This document shows positions 23,751-34,014 of a stretch of 64,000 nt of DNA, one piece after another. Origin of the DNA: Thecamonas trahens ATCC 50062 (taxonomy: Eukaryota; Protista; Apusomonadida). A program made the translations under genes and the position numbers. Position 1 is the stretch's first letter. Each line of letters starts with the position of its first letter. The stretch is from contig NW_013657678.1 of assembly GCF_000142905.1 (NCBI RefSeq), positions 186,001 to 250,000 on the forward strand, in the 5' to 3' direction. The notes beneath the pieces were generated by a model that saw nothing but the letters and a program-made list of their open reading frames with translations, did not search any database and had not been told where the DNA came from.

Positions 23751-24542
23751 ATGGCCGGGACCAACACGCTGTTTCTCCTCAATGGAGGCTCGCTCCTGCC
23801 CAAGGGCGCCGGGTTGGAGGCTGTGCTTGACGTGGACAAGACGGTGGCCTTTCTCGGCTCGCTGGGCGGACGCGACAAGCTCTGCCGAGTGGTGCAGTAC
23901 TTTGCCAAGTGGCTGGCCACCTTTGCCGCCGATGGCCCGGTCCTGGGCATGACGGGTGCGGAGCTGGGCGGGCTTGCGTCTGCGCTGTCGATGGCGCGCA
24001 AGGGCTTCCGCCTCTTCAAGTCGCTGGACATGTACAAGGCTGTGCGCGACGCTACGGACGTGGCCGACCCTGTCCTGCGCATCGCGGCGACGCTGCGGGC
24101 GCTCGGCTACGGGGTCTACCTCATGTACGACAACTGGGTCTTCCTGGTCAAGTCGGGTTTTGCTGCCGATCCTGCGCTCAAGGCCAAGGTCGCGCGCGCG
24201 TACAAGTTCTGGACCCTCGGCCTCGTCTGCTCCATGATTGCCGGTCTGTACAAGCTCTCTGCTGCGGTGGCGGCGTACAACGCGGCGACGCGGGCCATTT
24301 CGGTGTCGAATCCGGACAACGCGGTGCTGGCGGCCAAGGCGACCAAGGCCGAGGCGGCTATCCGCAAGGTCGGCCTCGGCCTCGCCAAGGACGTGTGCGA
24401 CGCGCCGATTCCGCTCAACGCGCTCGGTTGGGGCGGCCCGCTCTCGCCCTCGCTCCGCTTTGCCTCGTTTACCGGCACGCTCTCATCGGCCATCGGGTTC
24501 TACCTTGCGTGGCCGGCGGATGGCGGCAAGGCCAAGTCATAG
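23751..24542 (+). CDS. PEX11: Peroxisomal biogenesis factor PEX11
   Basis: FLGSLGGRDKLCRVVQYFAK, LSMARKGFRLFK, YLMYDNWV, GTLSSAIG. Confidence 0.92.
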   Translation: MAGTNTLFLLNGGSLLPKGAGLEAVLDVDKTVAFLGSLGGRDKLCRVVQYFAKWLATFAADGPVLGMTGAELGGLASALSMARKGFRLFKSLDMYKAVRDATDVADPVLRIAATLRALGYGVYLMYDNWVFLVKSGFAADPALKAKVARAYKFWTLGLVCSMIAGLYKLSAAVAAYNAATRAISVSNPDNAVLAAKATKAEAAIRKVGLGLAKDVCDAPIPLNALGWGGPLSPSLRFASFTGTLSSAIGFYLAWPADGGKAKS

Positions 24543-24565
24543 CTGCGATAGGGAGCCAGGGAGTG

Positions 24566-26513
24566 TTATGCCTGGCCGGCGTGCGCGCCGGCGACGCGGA
24601 AGCGGAACTCGAGCTTGCCAAAAGAGACGACGTCGTTGGAGGCGAGGGCGATCGGCTCGTCGGCGACAAGAACGCCGTTGACGCGGGTGCCACCCTTGGC
24701 GTAGTTGAGGAGAGTAAAGCCATCCTTGCTCTGGACAATGGCCGCGTGCTTGCGCGAGACCGACGACGAACCGTTGAGGAAGGAGAGGTCCAGGTCGGGC
24801 GCAGCGCTCGAGCCTGGGGCAGCCCGCCCCACCACGACCGAGTTTCCGGTGAGCGGGAGCGTAACCACGTCTGTGGCGAGGAACGCCACCGGCTCGTCAT
24901 ACTCGACAGCCGGCGCCCGCAGCGGGTGGCCGGCTGCCGCGCCTGCGGCCGCCGTCGCCAGCTCGACAGGCACCTCGCCGGCCTGGAGCAGCTCGGCCTG
25001 GACCTCGTGGACCCGAGCGGTCAGCTGGTTGAGCCGCTGCCAGGCCAGAAACTCGACAAACTCAGCCGAGAGAACCCGCTGCAGCGCGAGCGCCGAGACT
25101 GGCCGACCCTCGAGGGCGGCGCCCGCCGGCGGCGCCGGCTCGCCCATTGCCGCCCGGTACATAGCCATCTGTTCCTGCATCAGGCCCACCATCTTGGTCT
25201 GCAGCGAGTCGGTTTCCATGGCGACCGCTTCGCCGGCTGCGCTGGCCTGCGACGCCTCCACGGCCTCGGCCACCGAGGAGCGCATGCTCTCCAGAGCCGC
25301 TACCCACTCGTTCTGCTCGGCCACCGACGGCGTGGCGCCCGTCGCAAACGGCGTGATGCCCGGCACAGTCACCCGCGCCGTCCGCCCGCTCACGCGGCGC
25401 GGCGCCGCACTCGCCTCTTTGGCGCTGCTGAGGCCAAAGTCAAGCGTGACCGGCTCGTCGTCAACAAAGCCGTGCGCTCCGTCGTCGCTCCCGGCACTCG
25501 CCGCTGTCTTTTGCTTCTTGAGCACAAACTCGCGGACCCGAGCCGCGTACACATCAAGGTCATTGTGGTTCGGACAGACCCACGAGTCCGAGACCCGCGC
25601 TCCGCGCTCCAGGCCGACGCACTCGGGGTGGAACGACCGGCAGCAGAGGTCGCACGGCAGGAGCGGCCCGCCCGCCGCAGAGCACTTGCAGCACCACGAG
25701 ACGTTGAGCGCGTCGCTGTCGTCCGGCACAATCCCCGCAGCAGCGGCCCCGTTGGCGCCGGCCTCGGAACCCGCTCCCGCGCCTCCAGCGCTCTTCTTTC
25801 CGCTCCGCACCTCACTCCGCGGCGCGAGCGCCGACCGCTCGATGACCGAGAGCCCAGCCTTTTCCAGCTGATTCGCCGTCGCGTTGACCTGCCTGGCCGG
25901 CAGGTCGAGGACACTGCGAGCGGCGGCCGGAGCCAGCGGGCGGCCGGCCGCGCCGAGAACGCGGGTCACCTTGGTCCCGTACGAGAAGCCGCGCTTCCGC
26001 TTGCGCGACAGGATCGACGGTGGCAAGTGGAAGACCTGCGGGTTGTCGCGAGTCAGCGAGTCGATGAGCTTGCCAAAGAACTTGTTGGACATGGCCGCAA
26101 CTCCGTGCGGCGGCGCATGCTTGGTCGTGTAGCACGCGTTGCAGTACCACGAGCCGGCAGGCACCTTTTCGAGCGCAGGCTCCAAACAATCGAGATGGAA
26201 CGAGTTTGGGCACGAGTCGCAGCAGATGAGGTCGCCGCCAGCGCCGCAGGCACAGCACAGGTCGTAGTTGATGAGCGTCGGCGTCGACGTCGCCACCGTC
26301 GCCGCCGCCGGCAGAGCTCCGCTCACCCCGCCACCCACGTCGCCGCCGCTACCTGCCCCTGCCCCGGCTGCCTCGGGTTGGTCGCGGGAGGGCCGCGGAC
26401 GTGCCGGCCGTCATAAACGACTTGCGGGCTGCCGTCGCCGGTGCCGCCCCCGTGTCCATGGGCGTCGGCTCGGCGCCCTTGCTCCGCCGCGACGATGCCT
26501 TTGAGTCCGCCAT
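24566..26513 (-). CDS. PHD-PHD-FHA protein, PHF12-like (5' end has an unresolved frame break near 26350)
   Basis: PHD1 CCACGAGGDLICCDSCPNSFHLDC...WYCNAC, NPQVFHLP, PHD2 CDLCCRSFHPEC...WVCPNH, FHA GR...VSRKHA...GTRVNG. Confidence 0.82.
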
Positions 26514-27325
26514 GCCTCCTGCTCCCATCCGTCCCCACTCTGTCACGTGAGTCTTCGCCCGCCTGCCATCGCCGCCACATCGCGCCGTCCGCCTTCCCTT
26601 CCCCCCCCCCCCTCCCCTCGCTCCCTCCCACCGTCAAAAAAATGCCATCCCGTCCCGCTGCGCTCCTGGTCCCCGGACGCTGCAGGGCTCTGCGCCCGAG
26701 CCCGATGCCGCCGACCACGCCATGCACAACCACTGACTGTATCCCGATGGCCCTCGATGTCCTGCTCCCGCAGCGCATGCGCCCCTTATGCCGCCGCCTC
26801 CACCGTCCCGTCCCAGCGCCAGCGCCGCCCAACCTCGGCGAGTCTCCTCGGCCCATCGGCGACTCACCGGGCAGGGTGGCCAGCCATGGGGCGCAGCCGC
26901 CGGCTATGGCCCATCGCGCCAGGCCGCGCCTCCCATGCCCACACATCGCGCTCCTTGCGCCACTATCCCCGCCTCCTGCCTACCTTGTGCTGCGCGCCAA
27001 GTCGAGTGTGCTTGCCCCTCCTCTCCCACGCTACGCAAAGACGGCTTGTCGGCGACGGCTTATCGCTCGCAGCCCTCCGCGCCCTCCCCACCCGCCCCGC
27101 CACATCAGTCAGCCTCCTGCCGCTACAGCGCAAGCATCGCCACCCGTACATCCTCACCGACTCGCTCCCTCGAACCCTGCCGTACATCCCCTGCTGTTTG
27201 TGCTCTCGGATACGCCTGACGCCCTCCCGTCGTCCCACTAGCATGCCCGGCCTTGCTGCTACTGCTCTGGCGAACGCCCCCCAATTCCACCAACCGATGG
27301 CCATAGGCTGTCGCCACCCGCAGCC

Positions 27326-27406
27326 GCCGACCGACCGACTGGCCGACCGCCGACCGACCGACTGGCCGACCGCCGCCGACCGACCGACTGACCGACCGAC
27401 CGACCG
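27326..27406. repeat. (CCGA)n tetranucleotide repeat upstream of the histone-fusion gene
   Basis: ccgaccgaccga runs, followed by CAGCCAGGCAA repeats. Confidence 0.8.
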
Positions 27407-27549
27407 CCGGCCACCCAGCTAGCCAGGCAATCAGCCAGGCAACCAGCCAGGCAGCCAGCCTCTGGCCTACCTTGCCCGCACCGCACCGCACCCCCCACCA
27501 CACCCGACCACACCCGACCACACCCCACCCCGCGCCTCGACCTCTACCA

Positions 27550-28473
27550 ATGCTGTCAGCGTCAGCAAAAGGAAAGAACAATGAGCCGGACGGCGATGAC
27601 ATCCGCGTACGCCCCCCCCCCCCCCCATCCCTCACCTCTCCCCCCCTACTTCCTCAGGACGACGAATCAGTGTCGGATGATGAGAAACTGTCGCCGGAGG
27701 AGGCGGCCAAGTTGGAGATGTTCATGTCGCCCGTGCCTGGAGCGCCCGATGGCGTGCACCAGGCTAATGTCCTCCAAGACATGGCGAGCAACGCCCGTCT
27801 GGCGGCGTCGGTGGGCGTGGCGCAGATGGTGATCACGCCCACACTCTGGGGCCCCAACGTCTACAAGGTGCTCAAGCAGGTCCACCCTGACATGGGAATG
27901 TCGCGCAAAGCCATGGCTGTTGTATCGGACATCGTCAACGACTTCCTCCGCCGCATGTACCCGGTCATGGTCCAGCTGGCCAAGGCCTCGTTCCGCGCAC
28001 ACTTTGAGCCGGCAGACGCCGTCACCGCTGCCAGCCTCGTCCTGCAAGGCGAACTGGCCAAGCACGCCAAGTCCGAGGCCAATCACGCCCTGACCAAGGC
28101 CCAGGCTGCCCTGAGCCAGGACACCAACACCACAAAGCGGCTCGATACCGGCTCGTTTGACGGCCTCGTCTTTGCCAAGCGCACCATCAAGCGCTTCCTC
28201 CTCACATTAGCCATGTCTCCACCGCGCTTTGCTGATGGCACCGTTGTTTGCATCACTGCTGTCACCGAGTACATTGTTGCCGAGATCCTCGAGCTCAGCG
28301 GCAACGCCGCCCGCGACAACCGCCGCGCCCGCATCAATCCGCGCCACATCCAGCTCGCCATCCGCAACGATGAGGAGCTCGAGAGACTCTTCCGCAACTC
28401 GATCATCTCATCTGGCGGCGTTCTACCCAGTATCCACGCCGTTTTGCTGCCCAACAAGAGCGGCAAGCGCTGA
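27550..28473 (+). CDS. Histone H2B-H2A fusion (doublet) protein; in-frame 51-nt intron 27607-27657
   Basis: H2B fold [28 protein letters not shown]...[19 protein letters not shown], short linker, then H2A fold GLVF...[41 protein letters not shown]...[15 protein letters not shown]. Confidence 0.93.
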   Translation: MLSASAKGKNNEPDGDDIRVRPPPPPSLTSPPLLPQDDESVSDDEKLSPEEAAKLEMFMSPVPGAPDGVHQANVLQDMASNARLAASVGVAQMVITPTLWGPNVYKVLKQVHPDMGMSRKAMAVVSDIVNDFLRRMYPVMVQLAKASFRAHFEPADAVTAASLVLQGELAKHAKSEANHALTKAQAALSQDTNTTKRLDTGSFDGLVFAKRTIKRFLLTLAMSPPRFADGTVVCITAVTEYIVAEILELSGNAARDNRRARINPRHIQLAIRNDEELERLFRNSIISSGGVLPSIHAVLLPNKSGKR

Positions 28474-28538
28474 TTGTCTCACACCGCCGTCACCCATCAA
28501 ACACACACTCAACCCCCCCCCCCCCCTCTCCCCTCCTC

Positions 28539-30170
28539 ATGTGCGGCATCGCAGTCATCGCCGCCCCACGCGCCGGCGACGCCCACCCGTGCCTCCTCTC
28601 CCGAGTGGCCGCCCGCGGGCCAGACAGCACTACGTCGGCCGTCCTCGCCCCGGGCCTCGTCCTCACCGCCTCGGTCCTCTCGCTCCGTGCCCCGTTCACC
28701 GCCCAGCCGCTGCACGACGAGGACTCGGGCGTTGTCATGGCCTTCAACGGCGAGCTCTACGACGGCGCCTTGCTCTCCTACCGCGACTCTGAGGTGTGCG
28801 ACTCGGCGGCGCTCGCCGCTGCCGTCTTTGACGCCTTGTCCGTCGCAAACCCACCCACGCCCGCCGCCGCCGCCGCCGCCCTCCGCCATGCCCTCGCTGC
28901 TGCCGTCGATGTCGGCGAGTGGGCACTCGTCGTCTGGCTCCCGGCGCTCTCGACTCTCCTCTGGGCCCGCGATCGCTTTGGCCGCCGCTCGCTGCTCGAG
29001 GCGAGATCGGGTGACGGCGAGCTTGCCGCCGTCGCCTCGGTCGCCTGCCTCTGTGAGCCCGACCCGTCGTCTCCGGCTCTCGACTGGTCGCCCGTCTTCC
29101 CTGCTGGCGTCTACGGCGCGAGCTGGGATCCGGATGCTGGCCGTCTGAGCGAGCCAGTTCTGGCGGAGTTTCATCCCGTCCCCGGCCTCCCGGCTATGGA
29201 GCTTCTGGATCTCCTCCCGCCACCCGCCGCCGCCGCCGCCGAGCCAGATTGTGAGCCGGTTGTCGTTGCAGCGTCCGATCTGCTTCCTGCTGTCGAGAGC
29301 CTCGGCGCGCTGCTCACCGAAGCCGTCGCCCGCCGAGTCGTCAATGTCCGTGACGCGGCTTCGGTCGGTATTCTCTTCTCGGGTGGACTCGATTCTATGG
29401 TTGTCGCCGCCCTTGCCCACGCCGTTCTCCCGCCGCACACTGCCATCGAGCTCATCAACGTGGCCTTTGCCAAGGACGCCGCGCCCGAGGACGCGTTCAA
29501 CACGCCCGACAGGATGACTGGTACTGCTAGCGCCGCCCACCTTGTCGAGCACTACGCCCCCGATCGGACATGGATTTGGGTCCCCGTCAATGTCCGCGCC
29601 GCCGACCTCACCGCCGCCACCCCAGCCATTGCCGAGACTGTCGCGCCCGCCGCCACCGCCATGGACCTCTCCATCGGCGCAGCACTTTACTTTGCCTCGA
29701 GTCTGGAAAGGCGTGCAGACGCCACGGCGCCACTCGCCCCGGCACGTGTCCTCCTCACCGGCCTCGGCGCCGATGAGTTGCTTGGTGGCTACACTCGGCA
29801 TCGCGCTCGCTGGACCCGTGGCGGATGGTCGGCGCTCTCTGCAGAGCTCGCACTCGACTTTGCCCGGCTATGGCGCCGCAACCTTGGCCGCGACGACAGA
29901 GTTGTGGCCGCCCACGGCTGCGAGCTCCGTCTCCCGTTTCTTGACGAGGACGTTGTCGCCTTTCTCACCAGCCTCCCGCTGGCGTGGCGGACCGATCCGA
30001 GCCGCGAGCGCGGCGTCGGCGACAAGCACCTGCTCCGTGCCCTCGCGGCCCAGCTCGAGCTTGGCGCCGCCGCTGCCGCGCCCAAGCGTGCCATTCAGTT
30101 TGGCTCGCGCATCGCAAAGGTTCTGCCCAAGTGTGACGGTACGACAGCGCTCGGGGCGCTCGGCCTCTGA
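28539..30170 (+). CDS. ASNSD1: Asparagine synthetase domain-containing protein 1
   Basis: MCGI Ntn start, RGPD, FNGELY, RDRFGRRSLL, LFSGGLDS, GLGADELLGGY, RNLGRDDR, KRAIQFGSR. Confidence 0.92.
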   Translation: MCGIAVIAAPRAGDAHPCLLSRVAARGPDSTTSAVLAPGLVLTASVLSLRAPFTAQPLHDEDSGVVMAFNGELYDGALLSYRDSEVCDSAALAAAVFDALSVANPPTPAAAAAALRHALAAAVDVGEWALVVWLPALSTLLWARDRFGRRSLLEARSGDGELAAVASVACLCEPDPSSPALDWSPVFPAGVYGASWDPDAGRLSEPVLAEFHPVPGLPAMELLDLLPPPAAAAAEPDCEPVVVAASDLLPAVESLGALLTEAVARRVVNVRDAASVGILFSGGLDSMVVAALAHAVLPPHTAIELINVAFAKDAAPEDAFNTPDRMTGTASAAHLVEHYAPDRTWIWVPVNVRAADLTAATPAIAETVAPAATAMDLSIGAALYFASSLERRADATAPLAPARVLLTGLGADELLGGYTRHRARWTRGGWSALSAELALDFARLWRRNLGRDDRVVAAHGCELRLPFLDEDVVAFLTSLPLAWRTDPSRERGVGDKHLLRALAAQLELGAAAAAPKRAIQFGSRIAKVLPKCDGTTALGALGL

Positions 30171-30180
30171 GCTCGGGGCG

Positions 30181-32178
30181 CTACTCAAACTGGGCCCACG
30201 TTGGGACCGACGCATTGCGCGACCGCATCACCGTGTTGTACGCCATGAGGCCCGACGGATTGGTCCCGGTCTTGAGCGTCCGCATCGGCGAGAACACAGG
30301 CCCGCGCTGGGTCCGCATTGTGGCCGACGCTGCCGCCACAGGCAGGAACTCGATGAGGTCTGCGTACTCGTGGCGGAGCTCGCCCACCGTACGGTCCTGG
30401 CCATCGACCTTGACAATCGTCTCGTCGCCAATGTCCGGGTTCGACAACGCTGCCAGGAGCGTCTGGAATTCGGACTGGAATCGTTTTGCTGCGTCGGCGT
30501 CGAGGCCCATGACCGCATCGGACTCGCGGTGCTTGCGAAAGGCTGGCACGTAGTGTCGCCAGAACGCAGTCTTGCCCGGAATCTTGGACACCTCCTTGAT
30601 CCAGAACATTAAGATGGCCGCAAAGTAAACGCAGACAATGTTGATGAGGGTGAGTGCAAACGAGAGCGACCCGATCCGCATGTGCCGCACCTCGTCCACC
30701 GTCGAGCCGGTAAAGGTCTGCCCGACTACCGCGTAACAAAAGTTGAGTCCGGCATTGACCGCAGGCGGGAGGAGCGAGGCCGAAATGGCAACGCCGACCA
30801 GCGAATTGGTGTTCTGCGAAATGGTGGAGAGCGCCACGCCGACGCCGGACGGCACCGCAATGGCAATGCCGATGAGGAGGCCGACCCCGGTTCCGCGCGA
30901 GCTCATCTCCGAGTTGGGCCAGTCGAGATCGTCGCCCCACGCTGCAAAACCCAGGCCCACAAGCCCGCCCACCACAAAGCAGATGGCGAGGCCCACAAGC
31001 TCCTTCCATAGTCCCTGCCACGAGAGCTTCCAGTCGCGAATGATGGTGCCAAACGTGAGCTCCATGATCGGGCCCATGATCGGCGAGACTAGCATTGACG
31101 CTACAACCACCACGACGTTGTCGGTGGCGAGGCCGACTCCGGCCAGGAGCGAGGCAACGACGCAGAGGGTGACGTAGTCAAACGAAAACTCGGCTGCCCG
31201 CTTGGTGTCGTCCACAACCTGCTGGATGACCAGCTCGGCCATGATCTGCTTGGCAAACTCGCCCTGGATCCCGATCTGCTCTGTCGCCTCCACCATGTTG
31301 ATCGGCTTGGTCAGCTCTAGCGGCACGAGCGAGAGGTCGCCAAAAGTCACACCGATGCCGACCTGGATCAGCCGCTGCAGCAGCGGCTCGACCTTGCCGC
31401 CGAGAACCGGAAACGTGACACAGTACGTCTCGATTGACTCTCCGGTCACGGCAAACGAGAAACCAGGCGTCCAGTGCGCGTTTTGCACATTGAGCGCCAA
31501 GAGAGCGTCTTCCACCTCTTGCCGGACGTTGATGACCCAAGGTGCAGACTCGTCTGGGTGCGGCCACGAGCTCGACGTCCCGTTGGCCGACCGCGGCGTG
31601 TTGGCGTTTGACGCCGCAGGCGTCAGAAAGGCTTGCGACGACGACATCGGCAGCGCTAGACCGGCCATGCCGATCGCCGGCACCACCGGCTTCCCCTTTG
31701 CCCCGCGCTCAGACTCTTCAGCCTGCTCCTCGGCCTCACTCTCGTCGCCGTACTCGGTGTAGTACGTATACTCAAAGTCGTCATCGCGCCGCGACTCGTC
31801 CCACCAGTCGTCATCATCGTCATCGCCGGCGCCAGTCTCCAGATGGGCGACTGCAGTCGATCCTGCCGGCGCCTGAGCCGCCGCCCTGCTCTTTCGCGAG
31901 CGCGTGCGCACCTTGGCACCCTTGGCCTTTGGCGCGTGAAGCGAATTGTCGCCTGCTGCGGTTCCACTGCCAGCTCCTCGCGCTCGGCCAGACTCGGGCC
32001 CAATGCTGGCCTCTGGTGGCCCACGCGGGGTGAGATACGCTCCGCGCGAGCCGGCCCAAGAGCGCTCGGACCTCAGCGGCTGGAGTGGCTGCGTCCCTGA
32101 CGCCTCGGCAAGCTGGCGGGCCTCCTCGTCCACAAAGTAGTGCGGGAAGGTCATTCGCAGCATGACGCTGTCCGACAT
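30181..32178 (-). CDS. DUF389-domain multi-pass membrane protein
   Basis: AGVGLATDNVVVVVASMLVSPIMGPI, GVAISASLLPPAVNAG. Confidence 0.85.
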   Translation of the reverse strand: MSDSVMLRMTFPHYFVDEEARQLAEASGTQPLQPLRSERSWAGSRGAYLTPRGPPEASIGPESGRARGAGSGTAAGDNSLHAPKAKGAKVRTRSRKSRAAAQAPAGSTAVAHLETGAGDDDDDDWWDESRRDDDFEYTYYTEYGDESEAEEQAEESERGAKGKPVVPAIGMAGLALPMSSSQAFLTPAASNANTPRSANGTSSSWPHPDESAPWVINVRQEVEDALLALNVQNAHWTPGFSFAVTGESIETYCVTFPVLGGKVEPLLQRLIQVGIGVTFGDLSLVPLELTKPINMVEATEQIGIQGEFAKQIMAELVIQQVVDDTKRAAEFSFDYVTLCVVASLLAGVGLATDNVVVVVASMLVSPIMGPIMELTFGTIIRDWKLSWQGLWKELVGLAICFVVGGLVGLGFAAWGDDLDWPNSEMSSRGTGVGLLIGIAIAVPSGVGVALSTISQNTNSLVGVAISASLLPPAVNAGLNFCYAVVGQTFTGSTVDEVRHMRIGSLSFALTLINIVCVYFAAILMFWIKEVSKIPGKTAFWRHYVPAFRKHRESDAVMGLDADAAKRFQSEFQTLLAALSNPDIGDETIVKVDGQDRTVGELRHEYADLIEFLPVAAASATMRTQRGPVFSPMRTLKTGTNPSGLMAYNTVMRSRNASVPTWAQFE

Positions 32179-32385
32179 GGTGTTGCGGAGCGAGGGGAGC
32201 GAGGTGTGGCGAGCCTGGGACTGGCACGAAGAGCTGGGCGGTGGGACAGTGTGTCTGCCAAATCGGGCACTGCGGCAGAACCGGCCGGGGCAGGCTCTCT
32301 CACGTTCAACAACATCAGATGGGGGCGCGCGGCGATGAGGCACCACGACCGGCTACAGAGCAGAGTCTTTGGCCACTGCGGCAGG

Positions 32386-33774
32386 CTAGGAGCGAGAGGT
32401 CCAGGCGACGCGGGCGACGTAGGGGACGCCGCGGGCGTGGAAGACGTGGATGTTCGGGACTGGCTCGCCCTGCGACCAGATAGCGAGATGGGCGAGGTCG
32501 GCGACGGCGCCGGCAAAGACAGCATCGACGACGGCCGGGGGAAGCGAGTCAAGAAGGCCTGGGCGAGCGGGGAGGCCGGCCACAACTTCGGCGAGCGCCA
32601 CCGGTTGGTGGCGAGTGGCGTACGACGGCGCTTTGAGGAAGAGGCGGACTGCACGGAGAAAGGCGAGGCCTGCCATTGGAGCGGTGGCGGGTGAGACGAC
32701 CGGCAAGGCGCGACGGCGCAGCTGCGAGCCGATGCGGACAGCGGAGGAGGGATCGTCCAGGCCATGCCCGTTGCGGAAGCGGGCGGGCGAGCGTGGGATC
32801 CGGGCGCCGGAGCGCGAGATTGAGGCCCGCGACGGCCGCTGGGCCCGCTTTGAGCGAGCGGTGGCGAGCGTGGCCACGGTCCACTCGCCAGTGCAGAACT
32901 TGATGCCGATCTCAGTGACCTCATCCTCCCACAGCCAGGCGTTGACCAGCGACCGCCGCTGCGCCTCGATCCGCCAGTAGTGCATGCCCTCGTAGAGTGG
33001 GTGCGTCCCGGCATGCTTGTCGATTCGCGCCGCCAGCTGGTATCCGTTCTGCAGACGGAAGCCGGTAAAGTCAACCGTGGGCAGCGGCCGCCGCAATCGC
33101 GGGCGGTCGCGCCGGAGGCCAGCACTCTCGCGCCGCTCCTGGATCGTGGCCATCAGCTGCGTCGTTCGCGCGACCTGGTCCTTGCTCCTGCCGGGCGCCA
33201 TGGCCACATTCGACGATCCGAGCGCCATCGCAATCTCGGCCGACTCGGCTTGTGTCGCTGCCGTTGTCGCCGCCACCACCTTCTCCGGCTCTGGTTCCGG
33301 TTCTGGCACTGGTACTGGCTGTGCGACCGGGACTGTTGCCGCGCCTGGATCGGGAGCGAGAACGGTGTGGCGGGCGAGCGGGCGCAGGGCGGGGAGAGTA
33401 GTGGCGCCTTCGGACGGGCCTGGGGCAAGGCCCGGCATTGGGTTTGAGGACGGCAGCGGACGCGGGGCGACGTGGGGGACCGGCCCGATGCACAGCTCGT
33501 CGGCGCCTTCGGAGGAGGTGTTCATGAAGCAGTGCCAGACGGGCGAGAGGTCAGCAGCACGGGCGGCAGGAACCCACTGAAAGGCGCGGCAGTGGAAGCA
33601 TTGCATGACCACTCCATCGTTCCGGACGCCTCCGCCGGCGTTGCTGCCCAGCGGCGCGCCGAGGCCCAGGCCGTGCCGCTCGTCGCCGAGGCCATGCGTC
33701 CGCTTGCTCGGACCTCCACCACGACTTGGCGACCGGGCCCGCTTGCGCGACGCGGCTCCTCCCGCTGCCATCAT
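32386..33774 (-). CDS. Hypothetical protein with degenerate CW-type zinc finger
   Basis: QCFHCRAFQWVP...WHCFMN...LC spacing resembles zf-CW. Confidence 0.55.
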   Translation of the reverse strand: MMAAGGAASRKRARSPSRGGGPSKRTHGLGDERHGLGLGAPLGSNAGGGVRNDGVVMQCFHCRAFQWVPAARAADLSPVWHCFMNTSSEGADELCIGPVPHVAPRPLPSSNPMPGLAPGPSEGATTLPALRPLARHTVLAPDPGAATVPVAQPVPVPEPEPEPEKVVAATTAATQAESAEIAMALGSSNVAMAPGRSKDQVARTTQLMATIQERRESAGLRRDRPRLRRPLPTVDFTGFRLQNGYQLAARIDKHAGTHPLYEGMHYWRIEAQRRSLVNAWLWEDEVTEIGIKFCTGEWTVATLATARSKRAQRPSRASISRSGARIPRSPARFRNGHGLDDPSSAVRIGSQLRRRALPVVSPATAPMAGLAFLRAVRLFLKAPSYATRHQPVALAEVVAGLPARPGLLDSLPPAVVDAVFAGAVADLAHLAIWSQGEPVPNIHVFHARGVPYVARVAWTSRS

Positions 33775-34014
33775 TGTGGAGAGCGTTGGAGTGGTGGGGT
33801 GGTGGTGGTGGTAGTGGTGGTGAGAGCGGTGGGGGATGGTGGCGGAGTCGAGAGGTAGCTGTGGGCGACTTGGCCGGAGGGGCAGGCCAAAGCAGGCACT
33901 AGGCAGGAGACAGCAGCGGATTTATAGGGTGGCGAGCACGGGCAGCAAAGGTCAGCAAAGGCGCGGTGCGGGATACGGTTTATGACTCGCGATAGGATAA
34001 GAGGGCCCGGAGTG

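Noticed and set aside
23909-26416. Long alternative-frame and antisense ORFs (this 835-aa one and many others)
   Set aside because: Expected from high GC and GC3 bias; they overlap well-supported genes
26441-27422. Overlapping ORFs between the PHF12-like and histone genes
   Set aside because: Pro/Arg-rich, no recognisable motif or consistent codon bias; cannot support a CDS
24566-30170. Endogenous giant-virus insertion around the histone doublet
   Set aside because: Flanking genes are ordinary eukaryotic genes, no viral hallmark genes or obvious composition shift, and the doublet has a host-type intron
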